From NCBI GenBank assembly GCA_963785305.1, contig CAWAUV010000005.1:544001-608000 (forward strand): a stretch of DNA of 64,000 nt, read 5' to 3'. This stretch comes from an uncultured Planctomycetaceae bacterium (GTDB taxonomy: Bacteria > Planctomycetota > Planctomycetia > Pirellulales > PALSA-1355). This document shows, in pieces, positions 12,109-28,092 of this stretch. Each line of letters opens with the position of its first letter. Positions within the stretch are counted from its first letter, which is position 1. The position numbers were made by a program, and so were the translations under genes. Below the pieces are notes generated by a model. The model did not search any database. It was not told where the DNA came from and saw only the letters and a list, made by a program, of their open reading frames with translations.

Positions 12109-12333
12109 TGCGGCTCGCTTTCAAAAAACGGGTTCGCTCGGTCGGACACTCAAACCGGTAAGGCCGATCCACCGAGATTCGTGGGAGACTGGCAAAAGTC
12201 GACCGGCCGGCGGGCGCCGATGCATCGGGCGGGGCAAGCGTTAGTATGTCGACAATCTTTATCGGAATTGTTGCGATCTGGCCCGGCGAAGTCAATTCCG
12301 GCTTTCCGCCGGCGCCCGGCAAAATACCGGCTT

Positions 12334-16057
<3,724 letters not shown>

Positions 16058-16350
16058 GCGCGATGGGAAAGCTTGGTGTTGAAGGCGGAAAAACGCTGGC
16101 GCCAGCGGCCACGGCGCTTCAATCATTACATGATGCCCCGAGGGTGGCAAGGCAAGCGGCTGCCTCGTCAAACACGGCGGCGGTCGGCGAGGAGCGATCC
16201 GCCCGCGAATCCGGTCGAGGGGCCGGCAAAATCATCGCAACCTCTCCAAACGGTTTATTGCTCAAGGGCCTCGCCGTCGGCATCCGATACCTCTGGATGA
16301 GTCGAGTCGTCGGCAAACGGGGGCTCCGTTCTCGAAGCTGGCGGCCATTT

Positions 16351-16976
16351 ATGACATTCGACAGCGCGTCGGACCATTCCATGGTGGGCAAACCTCGGGA
16401 AACCCTCCGATCTCCATCGGCTTCCGCGCCTCGGCGAGCGGCGAGCCCCGGCGACGCTCAGCGCACTTGGCGTCGCATCCGGCGGGGCCGCCCACGGCGC
16501 GGGTCGTGCTCCGGCTGCCCGATTTGAATGCGGAGCCCGTGGCGACCGCGCCAGCAAAACCGCTCGACGCTCCGACATCGCTCTCGGTCTACATTCTCAC
16601 GGCGATCTTGGGTTTGGTGTGGGGCTTCGTGGGCATCGATCACTGGAAGACGCACACGTCCCACCGAGCGCGCGGGGAATCGGCAAAGCGGCTCGCGCCG
16701 GCGACGCCGCTACGGGCCGAGAACCTGAGCCCAGGGCCAGACTCGCCGATGGATGGCGCCCATCGCGTGGCGGCTCGCGAAAGCCAAACAATGAATTCAC
16801 CGCCGCCGGTCGCTGCCCAAGCGAACGTCGAGGCGGCGCCAGCGGCCTCGGCAAGCGTGCCCACGGCGCCAGCGGCCTTGCCGCCAGAGCCGGCCGCGCC
16901 GGCGACCACGGCGACGCAGTTCGAAGGAACGATCGAAAGACCCGCGCTGGGACCGACCTATGACCGCGCTCGATAA
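16351..16976 (+). CDS. Hypothetical single-TM protein with Pro/Ala-rich tail (start and frame uncertain)
   Basis: ORF 16467..16976 has the TM SVYILTAILGLVWGFVGI and overlaps the next gene start, as in an operon. Confidence 0.45.
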
Positions 16977-19114
16977 GGCATTCATCAAGGCGTTTGCGAC
17001 GCGCCCGGCCGCGTCGCGCTCTGGCCAGAGCGCGACGCCGGATTCGGCCGGCGCGCCTCCGAAGCCCTCCGCAATCGCGCCGCCGCCGATCGGCGAACCT
17101 TCCGCGCCGGCAAGTGCGGCCGCAAATCGGAAGATCGTTGCCCCGCCGGCGCCCAACTTGGTTGAACCCGCCGCGCCGACCGAGGGTGGCGACGTCGAAT
17201 CGCGGCGCTGGATTGGCCACGCGGCTTCCAGCGTGCCGAGTCCGCATTTTCGGATGGACCGCCGCGCGAACCGCTCCGCGTCAAAAGCGCCGCCCGCGCC
17301 AGCGGCTGAAGCCCCTTTGGTGGCTCAACCCGCCCCGACGGAGCGAACGGCCAATAGCGAAGCGATTCCCAAAAGCGCGACGGCGAAGAGAGCCCGAAAG
17401 CGCGGCGCAACGCGAACCGCGCCGCCATCGAAAAGTCGATCGAAATCGAAACGGCGTAGGACGGCGGCGGCGCCCACGCCGGTTCCCCTGGCCCGAAAGC
17501 GACGAAATTCTCCCGTGGCGAAGTCACGGTCGATAGCGACGAAGGCAGCGAAGCCTGAAGCGCACAAGCGAACAAAGCCCGCGCGTTCCCAATCACGGCC
17601 GTCCCAGGCAAGCGCCCCTCCCGCAACCCAAGAGAAGCCCGCGACCAAGGGCCAGCGGCCGAAAACATTGAACAATTCGGTCGCGGCGCCGGCCGGCGCA
17701 CGACCATTGCCGCGCCGCGCTGCCCGGCGCCAGAAGCCGCCCGTGGCGCAGCGGCGCCCATTAGAACTATCGTCCCAATTTGCCGCCGAGCGGCGTTATC
17801 GAACGCTAACCGACGCCGACACGTTCGAAGGATTGCAAGATATCGAATTCCCGCCGTCGATCGTTCCGGTGGCCTGCACTCCGCAGCCCGACTTGGCGAT
17901 CGTCGAGGTGGCCTTGCTCGACGTCGCATGCGAATCGATCGCCGTCGACGCGACGATGGTCCGCGAACAGCCGAGCGAACCGAAAATCTCCCTTCCTATC
18001 GGCGATGAATCAGCGACTACCGACGAGGCGACGCGGCGACCGGAACCCGCGGTCGCCGAAGCGCCAACGGCCGAGGAAGCCAGCCCCGTCGTGGAGGCTA
18101 GCCCCGTCGTGGAGGCTAGCCCCGTCGTGGAGGCTAGCCCCATTGAGGAAGACAGCCCTCTTGAAGTCGGCAATCCCGTCGAGACCATCGAAGCCGGGGC
18201 GGATACGATCGAGGCCGAGGACCATGGACCCGTGGAAAAGGCCGACGGCGCCGAAAGCGCCGGAGCCGGACCACGATGAGCCGACGCTCGCCGAACCTCA
18301 GCCCGAGGATGCCGCGGAACCACAACTACACGACGACGCCGCCACGCTGGACTTCGAAAGCGAATTGGACCGCGAGATCAATATCGATGTGATGCCGCTT
18401 TCGGCCTTTACGCCGCCGCTCATGATCGTCGATGACTTTCAGCCGCGGCTCGAAGTCGAGGAATTCGGCTGGCCAATGCAAGTCGATATGCTGCTCGCGC
18501 GGGCCCGCGAACATCTTGTATCCTTTGCGGCCGGGCTCCTGGCCGAGGCGGCCAGGGGATCGCGCCTGCTCGCGATTTCCGCCACGGCTCGCGCCGAGGG
18601 CGCGACCACCGCGCTGTTGGCGATTGCCCGGCAGGCGGCCTCGCTCGGGGGCGCCGTGGCGATTGTCGACGCCGACCGGGCGCGTCCGCACATGGCGAGA
18701 CTGCTGGGCGTCGAGGCGATTCTCGGCTGGGACCAAGCGCTCGAAGGCGAAATCGGCCTTGATGAAGCGCTGGTGATCTCGAAGTTCGATCGCGTGGCGC
18801 TCGTTCCATGGCGCGAACGGGCGACGGCGGTCGAGTTTCACGAGATTCGCGCCGGCGTGGCGATGGAAATGCTTCGCGAACATTTCGACCTGGTGCTCGT
18901 CGACACCGGCCCGATCAACGGAGCGTCGGTTGCCGAGCTTGCGGCAGTAGCACGGATCGACGGTTGTTATTTGGTGAGCGATGGCCGCCATGCGTCGCCC
19001 TCGCGACTCGACGAGGCCCTGACGATGGCGGAGCAGTTGGGGTGGCCACCGCTGGGAGTCTTGGAGAATTTTTCGCCCGCGATGGCCTCCGGCTCGGGCC
19101 GGGGCGCGGCTTGA
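16960..19114 (+). CDS. Long disordered protein with C-terminal degenerate BY-kinase/MinD-like P-loop domain (frameshift near 18270)
   Basis: MTALDKAFIKAF N-terminus, basic then acidic low-complexity regions, then LAISATARAEGATTA, AIVDADRARP, LREHFDLVLVDTGP. Confidence 0.6.
18076..18159 (+). repeat. 18-bp in-frame tandem repeat (EASPVV x3 plus degenerate copies)
   Basis: gaggctagccccgtcgtg units read directly. Confidence 0.85.
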
Positions 19115-19200
19115 TTTCGCTTCATGGATGGGCGGCATAAACACGGACTCTGGGCGCCCGCGCAAGCCAATACAAATCCACCCGCACGGAAACTTTGCTC

Positions 19201-20019
19201 ATGTACGAAGCTTATTGGCAGTTGACGAGCCGGCCGTTTGACGACGCGATCGACACGCGTGGCTACTATCCGAGCGAAACGCATCAGGGCGCCCTGCTCA
19301 AGCTGCGGTATGTGATCGAGAATCAACGCGGCGCGGCGCTGGTGTGCGGAGCTTCAGGCGCCGGCAAGTCGATGCTGGCCGGCACGCTCAAGCGGCAACT
19401 CGACGAACGGCATTCGCCGTTCGTGCATCTGATGTTTCCACATCTCTCGCCACGCGAATTGGTCGCATATTTGGCCGATGAGTTGGGCGCCCCGCCGGCA
19501 AGCAATCGCGAGGCGCTCGACGAGCACTTGCGGCGGCTGCAGCGTATTCTGGCGGAAAACGCGGCCCGGGGACGTCGCGCCGTGTTGGCGATCGACAAAG
19601 CGCAGATGCTCGCCGAAGCGGGACTCTTGGAGACGGTTCGGCTGCTCCTGAACTTCGAAGTCGAAGGACGCCCGGCCTGGACCTTGTTGCTCTTCGGCCA
19701 GCCGTCGCTGCTGCCGGTCATCGAGCGGGCTCCGGCCTTCGAGGATCGGCTGGCGGTAAAATGCCTCTTGCGGCCGTTCGGCTTGGACGAGACGATCAGC
19801 TATGTCAGCCACCGGATGATGGCGGCCGGCGCCCGCCGCGAGATTTTCACCCACGACGCGCTCAACTCGCTCTATCAGATCACGCGTGGCAACCCGCGCC
19901 GCATCAACCGCTTGTGCGATTTGGCCCTCTTGATCGGGTTCGCCGAGGATTTGCGAACCCTGGGGGCAGCGCATATTGAATCCGTGGCCGGCGAACTGGT
20001 GACAATCCGACCCGAATGA
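19201..20019 (+). CDS. ExeA/GspA-family AAA ATPase
   Basis: MYEAYWQLTSRPF, Walker A GASGAGKS, LLLFGQPSL, TRGNPRRINRLCDLALL. Walker B reads DKAQ instead of DEAQ. Confidence 0.85.
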   Translation: MYEAYWQLTSRPFDDAIDTRGYYPSETHQGALLKLRYVIENQRGAALVCGASGAGKSMLAGTLKRQLDERHSPFVHLMFPHLSPRELVAYLADELGAPPASNREALDEHLRRLQRILAENAARGRRAVLAIDKAQMLAEAGLLETVRLLLNFEVEGRPAWTLLLFGQPSLLPVIERAPAFEDRLAVKCLLRPFGLDETISYVSHRMMAAGARREIFTHDALNSLYQITRGNPRRINRLCDLALLIGFAEDLRTLGAAHIESVAGELVTIRPE

Positions 20020-21710
20020 CTTCTTCATCGCGCATCCCCGTGCCCGACACCCGACGCCGCCGGTTCGATCTCGACCGCCCCGCCACTCGCAAGCAGCAGG
20101 CGACCGGCGCGGGGCTCGTGGCGTTGGGCGTGTTTGCGTGGCTTTTGGCCACGGCCTGGTGGCAACCGATGGTTTGGGACGAAGGCGACGCCCTGGATCG
20201 GGCCGAGCAAGTCTCGATGTATTTGCGCGTGTTCTTGCCGACGAAGCTGGCGCTTCATCCGCTTTCGATCGATCTGAACTGGCCGTTTACCACCGTGAAC
20301 GAAGGCCACCCGGCGCTCTTGGGCTGGGTGATCGCGCTGGGGCAGATGGTCAGTCAGGGTTGGCTGCCGCCGCTGGTGGCCGCGCGGTTCGGGCCGATGT
20401 TGCTCTTTTCGACGGCGCTGGGCGGGGTGTTTTATCGGCTGTGGCGCGAGACGACCTGTTCGGTGGGCTTGGTGGCGGTCGGGGCGGCATCACCATGCCG
20501 CGATTGTTTGCCCATGCCCATTTCGCGCTCTACGACAGTCTGGTGACGAGCGCCTGGCTCATGGCTTGGGCCCTGTTTCGGCCGGCGCTCGCCGACTGGC
20601 GGTGGAGCGTCGCTTGGGGCTTGGCGCTGGGCGCCACGCTCAGCGCCAAATTCACTGGCTGGCTCGCGCCGCTTCCTTTTATCGCCTGGATGCTCCTCTA
20701 TCGTGACATTCGCGCACTGCGAGCCCTGGGGATTGCGGCGCCGGTGGCGCTCGGCGTGTTTTGGGCGCTGAATCCTCGGTTGTGGCATGCTCCTTGGGAC
20801 GGGTTCCGAACGTTTTTGCATCTGAATCTCCATCGCGGGGAAAACCTCGACTACAACATCTCGACCCTGTTCCTGGGCCGGATGTACAACCTCGATTATC
20901 CCCCGCCCTGGCACAATGCCCTGACTTGGACCGCCGTGACCGTATTGCCGTTTACGGTGGTGTGGGGCGTCGTCGGCTGGTATCAGGCCGCGAAGCGGTG
21001 GCGAACCGATTCCATGGCGGTGCTCGTGGCCCTGAACTGGCTCACCTTGATTGCGGTTCGCGCTCTGCCCTGGGCGCCGCCACACGACGCCGAGCGGCTG
21101 ATTCTGCCGAGCTTCGGGTTCTTCGCGATTCTGGCCGCCTGGGGAGTCGGACGGCTGCTGTATCGCAACTCGCTCCTCGAGATCGAGAAAATCTGCGCGC
21201 AGCGATGGGTATTTGTGTTGCTCGCGATCGGCGCGCTCAATGGCGCAGAGCGCATTGTGGCGCTGCGCGCCGCAGTGGCTTTCGTACTATAGTCCACTGG
21301 TGGGCGGCTTGAGCGGCGCCGAAGCGATCGGCTTCGAGCCCACCTATTATTGGGACAGTCTCGATGGTTCCGTGATCAGGTGGCTCAACGAACATACCAA
21401 GCCCGACGAACGCGTGCGGTTCGCCACGGGGCCGCTACGGAACCTGCGCTGGCTCGCGCGGTGGGGAGTGCTCACCTGCGATACCGATCCGGATTCGACC
21501 AAGCCCGTCCGCTGGTATGTGCTCCAGCGGCGCGAGAGCGCCTGGAGCGACGCCGATCGCTGGCTAGTCGAAAATGCGACGCCGGCCCATGAGAAACGCT
21601 TGCTCGCGACGCCTCTGCTCGATATCTACGAGTTCGCCGACTTCCGTCGCGCCGAGCGGGCCGGCGGCGACGACGCGCCCCTCGAAAACCCGCCGAGCGC
21701 GAACCCATAG
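20016..21710 (+). CDS. GT39/ArnT/PMT-like membrane glycosyltransferase (frameshifts near 20490 and 21250)
   Basis: MVWDEG, EGHPAL, LALGATLSAKFTG, PHDAERLILP, FEPTYYWD; many TM helices. Confidence 0.7.
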
Positions 21711-21829
21711 CACACCGCGCGGGCGGCGCGTATACTGGCCGATTCCTCGATCGGCGTTCGCCCCGAACGACTCTCGGGCGACGCGCGTCCGCTAACCCGG
21801 CCTTCCTCTCTTTCGCGCGAGATAGTCCC

Positions 21830-23714
21830 ATGACGAGCCCCGCCAGCCCGCGTCCGTTGCCCGGCGCGGAGATTCCAGTCTACGTGTTCGAATCGCACCA
21901 AGATTTGGCCCGGCATGTGGCCGAGTGCGTGGCCAAGGTGCTACGCCAGCGGGCCGCCGAGGGACGACCGGCGGTGCTCGGTTTGCCGACCGGCTCGACC
22001 CCGATGGGCGTCTACCGCGAGTTGATTCGGATGCGGCGCGAGGACAACCTCGACTTCTCGCACGTCGTTACTTTCAACCTCGACGAATACTACGGCGTGG
22101 GCGCCGATGCCCTGCAGAGCTATCATCGCTGGATGTTCGAGCATTTCTTCGAGCATGTGAACATTCCCCGCGCGAACATTCATATTCCCGACGGAACGAT
22201 CGCGCCCGACGCGGTGGCCGACCACTGCCGAGCCTACGAAGCGGCGATCGCGGCGGTCGGCGGCATTGATATTCAACTGCTCGGCATCGGCCGCAATGGG
22301 CACATTGGGTTCAACGAGCCGTTTCAGCGCTCCCAGCAGCCGCACGCGCCTCGCGACGCTCAACGCGCTGACTCGGCGCGACGCGGCCAGCGACTTCTTC
22401 AGCGAGGAGAACGTGCCGGCGCAGGCGATCACGATGGGCATCGCCACGATTCTCGAAGCGCGGCATGTGCTCTTGATTGCCCAAGGAGAGCACAAAGGCG
22501 GCATTATTCGCGAAACCGCCGAGGGGCCGATCACCCAACGCGTGCCGGCCAGCTTCTTGCGTCAACATGCCAATGCGGCGCTGCTGCTCGATTCGGCCGC
22601 CGCCGCCAAACTCACCGCCGTGGCCACGCCCTGGGTGCTCGGCAATGTCGAATGGAACGACGCGCTCAAGAAACGGGCCGTGCTCTGGCTCTCGGAAAAA
22701 GCCGGCAAAGCCCTGCTCAAACTCGACGCCGACGACTTTCGCGCCCACAACCTGCACCAACTGCTCCGCGATTTCGGCCCCGCGCAGCGCTGTGCGCACG
22801 ACGTGTTTCGCTCGATGATGGACACGATCAACTACCACCCCGGCGGCCGGAGCCCGCAAAAGGTCATCTGCTTCAGCCCCCATCCCGACGACGACGTGAT
22901 CAGCATGGGCGGCACGCTGATTCGTCTGGTCGAAGACCAGCACGAAGTACATGTCGCGTATATGACGAGCGGCAACATCGCGGTGTTCGATCACGATGCC
23001 CGCCGCGTGGCGGACTTCGTCACCGAATACAACCGCCACTTCGGCATCGACGATCAGCGCTCGCCGGAAGTCGAGAAGCATGTGCTGGCCAGCCTGGCGA
23101 GCAAGCGGCCCGGTCAGGCCGACACGCCGGAAGTGCTGCAAATCAAAACGCTGATTCGCTGGAGCGAAGCCAAGGCCGGCGCGGCGGTGGCGGGCTGCCG
23201 CGAGGAGTTCTTGCATTTTCTCGACCTGCCGTTTTATCGCACCGGCGCTATCGCCAAGAAGCCGATCACGGATGAAGATGTGCGAATCGTGCGCGAGCTC
23301 ATCGAGCGAATCGAACCGGCCCAGGTCTATGTGGCCGGCGATTTGTCCGATCCCCATGGCACGCATCGCGTGTGCGCCGAGGCGATCTTTCGCGCGCTCG
23401 GCGAGATCGAGGCCGCGACCGGTCGCCGGCCCGAGGCGCTGCTCTACCGCGGCGCATGGCAAGAATGGCCCGCGTATGAGATCGAAGTGGCGGTGCCCCT
23501 CAGTCCGCGCGACCTGCAATTGAAGCGCACGGCGATCTTTCGCCACGAGTCGCAAAAGGATTCGGCATTGTTCCCCGGTCCCGACGATCCGCGCGAATTT
23601 TGGCAACGGGCCGAGGACCGCAATCGCAACACGGCCGATGTCTACAATCGCCTCGGTTTGCCGGAGTATTTCGCGCTCGAGGGCTTTGTACGGTGGAATG
23701 GCCTTCCGCTCTAA
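21830..23714 (+). CDS. nagB: Glucosamine-6-phosphate deaminase fused to a PIG-L-like deacetylase domain (frameshift near 22325)
   Basis: LGLPTGSTP, TFNLDEYY, LLGIGRNGHIGFNEP, then FSPHPDDDVISMGG, DPHGTHRVC, HESQKD. Confidence 0.9.
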
Positions 23715-23730
23715 AAGGCTATCCGACAAC

Positions 23731-23765
23731 TCCCCCCTCCCTTTGGGAGAGGGTCGGGCGAGGGC
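23731..23765. repeat. REP-like palindromic element / possible terminator downstream of nagB
   Basis: ccctccctttgggagagggtcgggcgaggg matches the widespread CCCTCTCCC-nnn-GGGAGAGGG REP-type motif. Confidence 0.5.
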
Positions 23766-24129
23766 TCGCCGAAGTTCTGTAAGGCGGGGGCGCGCGGGCG
23801 TCGAGTCGCCAAGCCATGTCCACGAGAGCGCACGTGGAACGATCCGATTCGCGGACACGTTGGTTGCCACATTGCCGCTATTTTCGAGGCCTTTCGCGGC
23901 GGCACGCATCCAATTGAAGCAGTCGAGTCCGATGGAGCTAACCCTTTCTGGGAGATCGCGATTCGCGCACTGCCTTTTTTGCGGACTTCGCCGCGAGTCT
24001 TCTCATGCTACGATTCAAAGTTGACGAAGTTCGTCGTATCGATTCCAAAAAATAGCGATCTCGCGAAAATCCGGCGAGTGATCAAATCGGGTTTACGTGG
24101 AAATTTTGGCTGGTCTCGCCGCGGTAAAA

Positions 24130-25317
24130 ATGACTTCATCGAAATCCCATCCGTCGGGCGGGCACTCCGGAATTTATGAGTTCGATGCCGCGCCGAGCAT
24201 TTCGATCGCCGAGTCCAAGATTCTGGTGATCGACGACGAGCCGATCAATCTCAAGGTGGCGAGCAAGTATCTAAATGTCGCGGGCTATAACAATATCATG
24301 TGCCTCGCCGACTCGGAACGCGCTGTGGCGATGGTGACATTGGAAGAGCCCGACGCCGTGCTGCTCGACATCATGATGCCGCATGTCAGCGGGCTCGATA
24401 TTCTCGGAGCGCTTCGCGCCGATCCGCGGTGGGAGCATCTGCCGGTCATCATTCTCACCGCCTCGAATGATCCGGCCACCAAGCGGCAAGCGCTGGAACT
24501 GGGCGCCAGCGAGTTTCTGGCCAAGCCGGTCGACCCCTCGGAATTGATTCCGCGCATGCGCAATGTGCTCACAGTGAAGCGGCACCACGATCATTTGCGC
24601 AAGTACTCGCGCGAACTCGAGGCGGCCGTGCTCCGACGAACCGTCGAACTGACCCGCTCGCGGCAGGAAGTAATCCATTGCCTGGCCCGGGCCGCGGAAT
24701 TTCGCGACGACTGCACCGGCCGGCATGTGTTCCGCGTGGGCCGCTATGCCCGCTTGATTGCCGAAGAGTTTGGCTGGCGCGGCGAACGGCTGAATATGTT
24801 CGAACAGGCGGCGCAGTTGCATGACATCGGCAAGATCGGTGTTCCCGACGCGATCTTGCTCAAGCCCGGCAAGCTCACGTCGGACGAATTCGAGATCATG
24901 CGCAAGCACAGCGACTACGGCCGGCAAATCACGAGCAGCCTGCCGAACAACGACGCCAATGTGCTGCGCGACCATGCCGAAATCGGCGGCCGACTGCTCG
25001 AGGAGGCCGAATCGCCGATTCTGGCCATGGCGGCCGTCGTCGCGCTGAGCCATCACGAGCGTTGGGACGGCGGCGGCTATCCGCGCGGATTGGCCGGCGA
25101 AGCGATTCCGCTCGAGGGCCGCATTACTTCCGTGGCCGATGTGTTCGACGCGCTCAGCAGCAAGCGGCCCTACAAAGAAGCTTTTCCGCTCGACGAGTCC
25201 TTTCGCATCGTCGCCGATGGCCGCGGCACGCAGTTCGACCCCTCGGTGGTCGACGCATTCGTTCGCCGCCGCGAGGCGGTGCTCGAAATTGCGGCTAAGT
25301 ATGCCGATGGCGCTTGA
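24130..25317 (+). CDS. Response regulator with HD-GYP domain (RpfG-like c-di-GMP phosphodiesterase)
   Basis: REC domain (VIDDE, LLDIMMP, FLAKP), then HDIGKIG, HHERWDGGGYP and VADVFDALSSKRPYK, all intact. Confidence 0.92.
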   Translation: MTSSKSHPSGGHSGIYEFDAAPSISIAESKILVIDDEPINLKVASKYLNVAGYNNIMCLADSERAVAMVTLEEPDAVLLDIMMPHVSGLDILGALRADPRWEHLPVIILTASNDPATKRQALELGASEFLAKPVDPSELIPRMRNVLTVKRHHDHLRKYSRELEAAVLRRTVELTRSRQEVIHCLARAAEFRDDCTGRHVFRVGRYARLIAEEFGWRGERLNMFEQAAQLHDIGKIGVPDAILLKPGKLTSDEFEIMRKHSDYGRQITSSLPNNDANVLRDHAEIGGRLLEEAESPILAMAAVVALSHHERWDGGGYPRGLAGEAIPLEGRITSVADVFDALSSKRPYKEAFPLDESFRIVADGRGTQFDPSVVDAFVRRREAVLEIAAKYADGA

Positions 25318-25385
25318 TCGCAACGTCGCCTGACGCGGTCGCGCGTGACGCCAACAGCGATTTGTCGGCCGATCCTGGCCCCGCT

Positions 25386-27995
25386 TCAGCCCAGCGAAAT
25401 ACGGCCGGCCATCTGCTCGATCTGGTCGACCAGCCGCGCCAAACCATCGCTCCGCCCCGCGCGCGAGGGATTCGATTTCCTCCGCCGGCGGCGCGAAGTC
25501 CGTGAAGCCGGCCATGCCGCCGGTGCCTTTGAGCCAATGGGCGAGCACCGCGAGCGAATTCAAGTCGCCATCGGCTAGCGCGGCCCGCATCTCGACGAGC
25601 TTTTCGCGCAGCCGCACCGCGAACATGCGCACAATGTCGCGAAAATCGTCGTCGTCCATCGGCAAGGTCGACACCAACGGCCGATCGGATAGCCGGCTCG
25701 GCGCCGGCGATTCGCCGGGCCAAGGCGGCGCCGCGGGCGAACCGGCGCGGATTGGCCGCGCTGGCGGCGAAGCGTCGGATGCCCGATGCCGGGACACATC
25801 GCGCGGCATTTCACATGGAATCGCGGCCACGGTTTCGAGCAGCAGGGTTTGATCGATCGGTTTCGAGAGATAGCCGGTGCAGCCGACTTCGAGACACCTC
25901 GCGGCGTCGCCTTTCATGACATTGGCCGTGAGCGCGATGATCGGCGCGGTGAAGCCGCGTTCGCGAAGTTCGCGCGTTGCCGTGTAGCCGTCCATGATCG
26001 GCATTTGCATATCCATGAGAATCAGATCGAAGGGCTCGAGCAGCGCGCGCTCGACGGCCTCGAGCCCGTGTTCGGCTTCCTCGATTCGCGCCCGGCGCGG
26101 CCCAGCACCAGGCGGATCAGCTTGCGATTCGTGTCGCTGTCGTCGACCACAAGCACGCGATGCTCGAGCGCCGGCAAGGGTTCCGGGCTGCGGGCGGGCC
26201 GATGGCCGGGGCTCTCGTGCGGCGGCGATTCGCACTCCGCGAGATGCTGCAAGGGTCCGGTGGCGATCTCGCAAATGAAGGTCGTGCCCTGGCCGAGCTG
26301 GCTCACGACGCGCACCGAGCCGCCAAGCTGCTCGGCCAACCGCCGGCTGATCGAGAGGCCGAGGCCGGTGCCGCCGTATTTGCGCGTGATCGAAGAATCG
26401 GCCTGCGTGAAAGGATCGAAGATCGACTCGAGCTGGTCGGAGGCGATGCCGATGCCGGTGTCTTGAATTTCAACCACCAGTCGGGCGCATGCGACATCGG
26501 CTCGACGATATGCGCCGTGAGCCGCACGCTGCCCTGGGGAGTGAACTTGATCGCGTTGCCGGTGATATTCATCAGCACCTGGCGAAATCGGGTCGGATCG
26601 GTGCGAATCGTCTGCGGCATCGCTCCGCGAAAAACCGCCTGCAAGCGCAAGCCTTTTTCGTCGGCCTTCGAGCGCAAAAGCGAACACACTTCGCTCACGA
26701 TCGCCACCGGAGAGCAATCGACCAGCTCGACACTTAGCTTGCCCGCGTCGATTTTCGAGAGATCCAAGATATCGCTGATCAACTCCAGCAGATGTTTACC
26801 GCCATTGTAGATGATTTCGAGCCATTCGTCGCGTTCGGCCTGATCCGTGTCGGCCCCCTGCCGCAAGAGATCGGCGAAGCCGATGATGCCATTCAGCGGA
26901 CTGCGAATCTCGTGGCTCATGTTCGCGAGAAACGAGGCGCGAGCCCGGCTCGCCGATTCGGCCCGCACCGATGCCTCCTGCAGGTCGGCCGTGCGTTCCC
27001 GCACCTTGCGCTCCAGTTCCTCGGCCGCTTGCCGCAGCACTTGTTCGCTGCGCTTGCTCTTGGTGATGTCGAACGCAATGCCCTGCAAGAACAGCGGTCG
27101 GCCATGTTCGTCGCGCACCAGCCGCGCTTCGCCGTGCACCCATACCTCGCGATTGTCGCGCGAGATAAAACGGTACTCGGAACTGAAATGCACGCCCGAG
27201 GAGCAAGTGCGGGCAAACTCGTCGCCCCAGCGCTGGCGGTCATCGGGATGCAGTTGGCGATGCCACAAAAACGGGTCGCCGAGCCATTCGGTTTGCGAGA
27301 AGCCCAGCAGTTGCTCGATCTGCGGGCTCACATAGATTTCGTTGCTGCTGTCGTCGAGCGGGGCCATGAAGGTCACGGCCGGAATGCCCTCGACCAGGGT
27401 GCGATAGCGGGCCTCGAGCCGTTTGCGATCCGACACGTCGCGGATCAGCGCCGCGGCCAGCAAGTGGCCGTCGACATCGAGCGGCGAAAGATGAATCTCG
27501 ACCGGAAACTCCCCGCCGCCTTTCTTGCGCCAAAAGTTCGAGTCCGCCATTCATCGGACGCTCGCGCGGGGCGGCGAAAAAGCTTGCTCGCTGCGCCGGA
27601 TGCCGTCGGCGAAACTTTTCGGGCAGCAGCAACTCGACCGGTTGTCCAACCATTTCGTCGCGGCGGTAGCCGAACAGCCGCTCCGTTTCCGTGTTGACGC
27701 GCACCATGGCGCCGCTCGAGTCGATCACGACCAGCGCGTCGGCGGCGGTTTCGAGCAAGCGTTCGAAATGCTCGATCCGCCAATCCAACTCCTCGCGCGC
27801 CGGCATGCCGGCCGCCGGCGAGACAAAATCGGCGCCCCCGTCAAAGGCAAGCCCGCCCTCGGGCATCGCGGCGCTCGATCCTCGCGCAGGGCCGAAAATC
27901 TGGCTGGCCATGCCCCGCAAGATCGCCTCGGCCTCTTCCAGCGAGCGCGGATCGTCGCTCATCGGGCGCGGCGGCATTTGGCTAAGTGGCGTCAT
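25386..27995 (-). CDS. Soluble hybrid sensor kinase PAS-PAS-HisKA-HATPase-REC-Hpt (several frameshifts)
   Basis: Two PAS domains, FLANMSHEIRSPLNG, NITGNAIKFT, DTGIGI, GGTGLGL, LMDMQMPIMDG, Hpt LAHWLKG; no TM segment seen. Confidence 0.88.
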
Positions 27996-28092
27996 GAACT
28001 CGGCGTCTCGATTGCTTCGGCGCTTGGCCCAGGATATCGAAGGGCGTCTTGACTCTAGAATCCGCGGGCCGAATAAAACGCGGACTCAATCG

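Noticed and set aside
16200..16305. Possible SAM-I riboswitch upstream of metH (minus strand ctcatccagag)
   Set aside because: Only the first motif matches; GAGGGA, GCAACC, GTGC and the closing GATGAG are not found in order.
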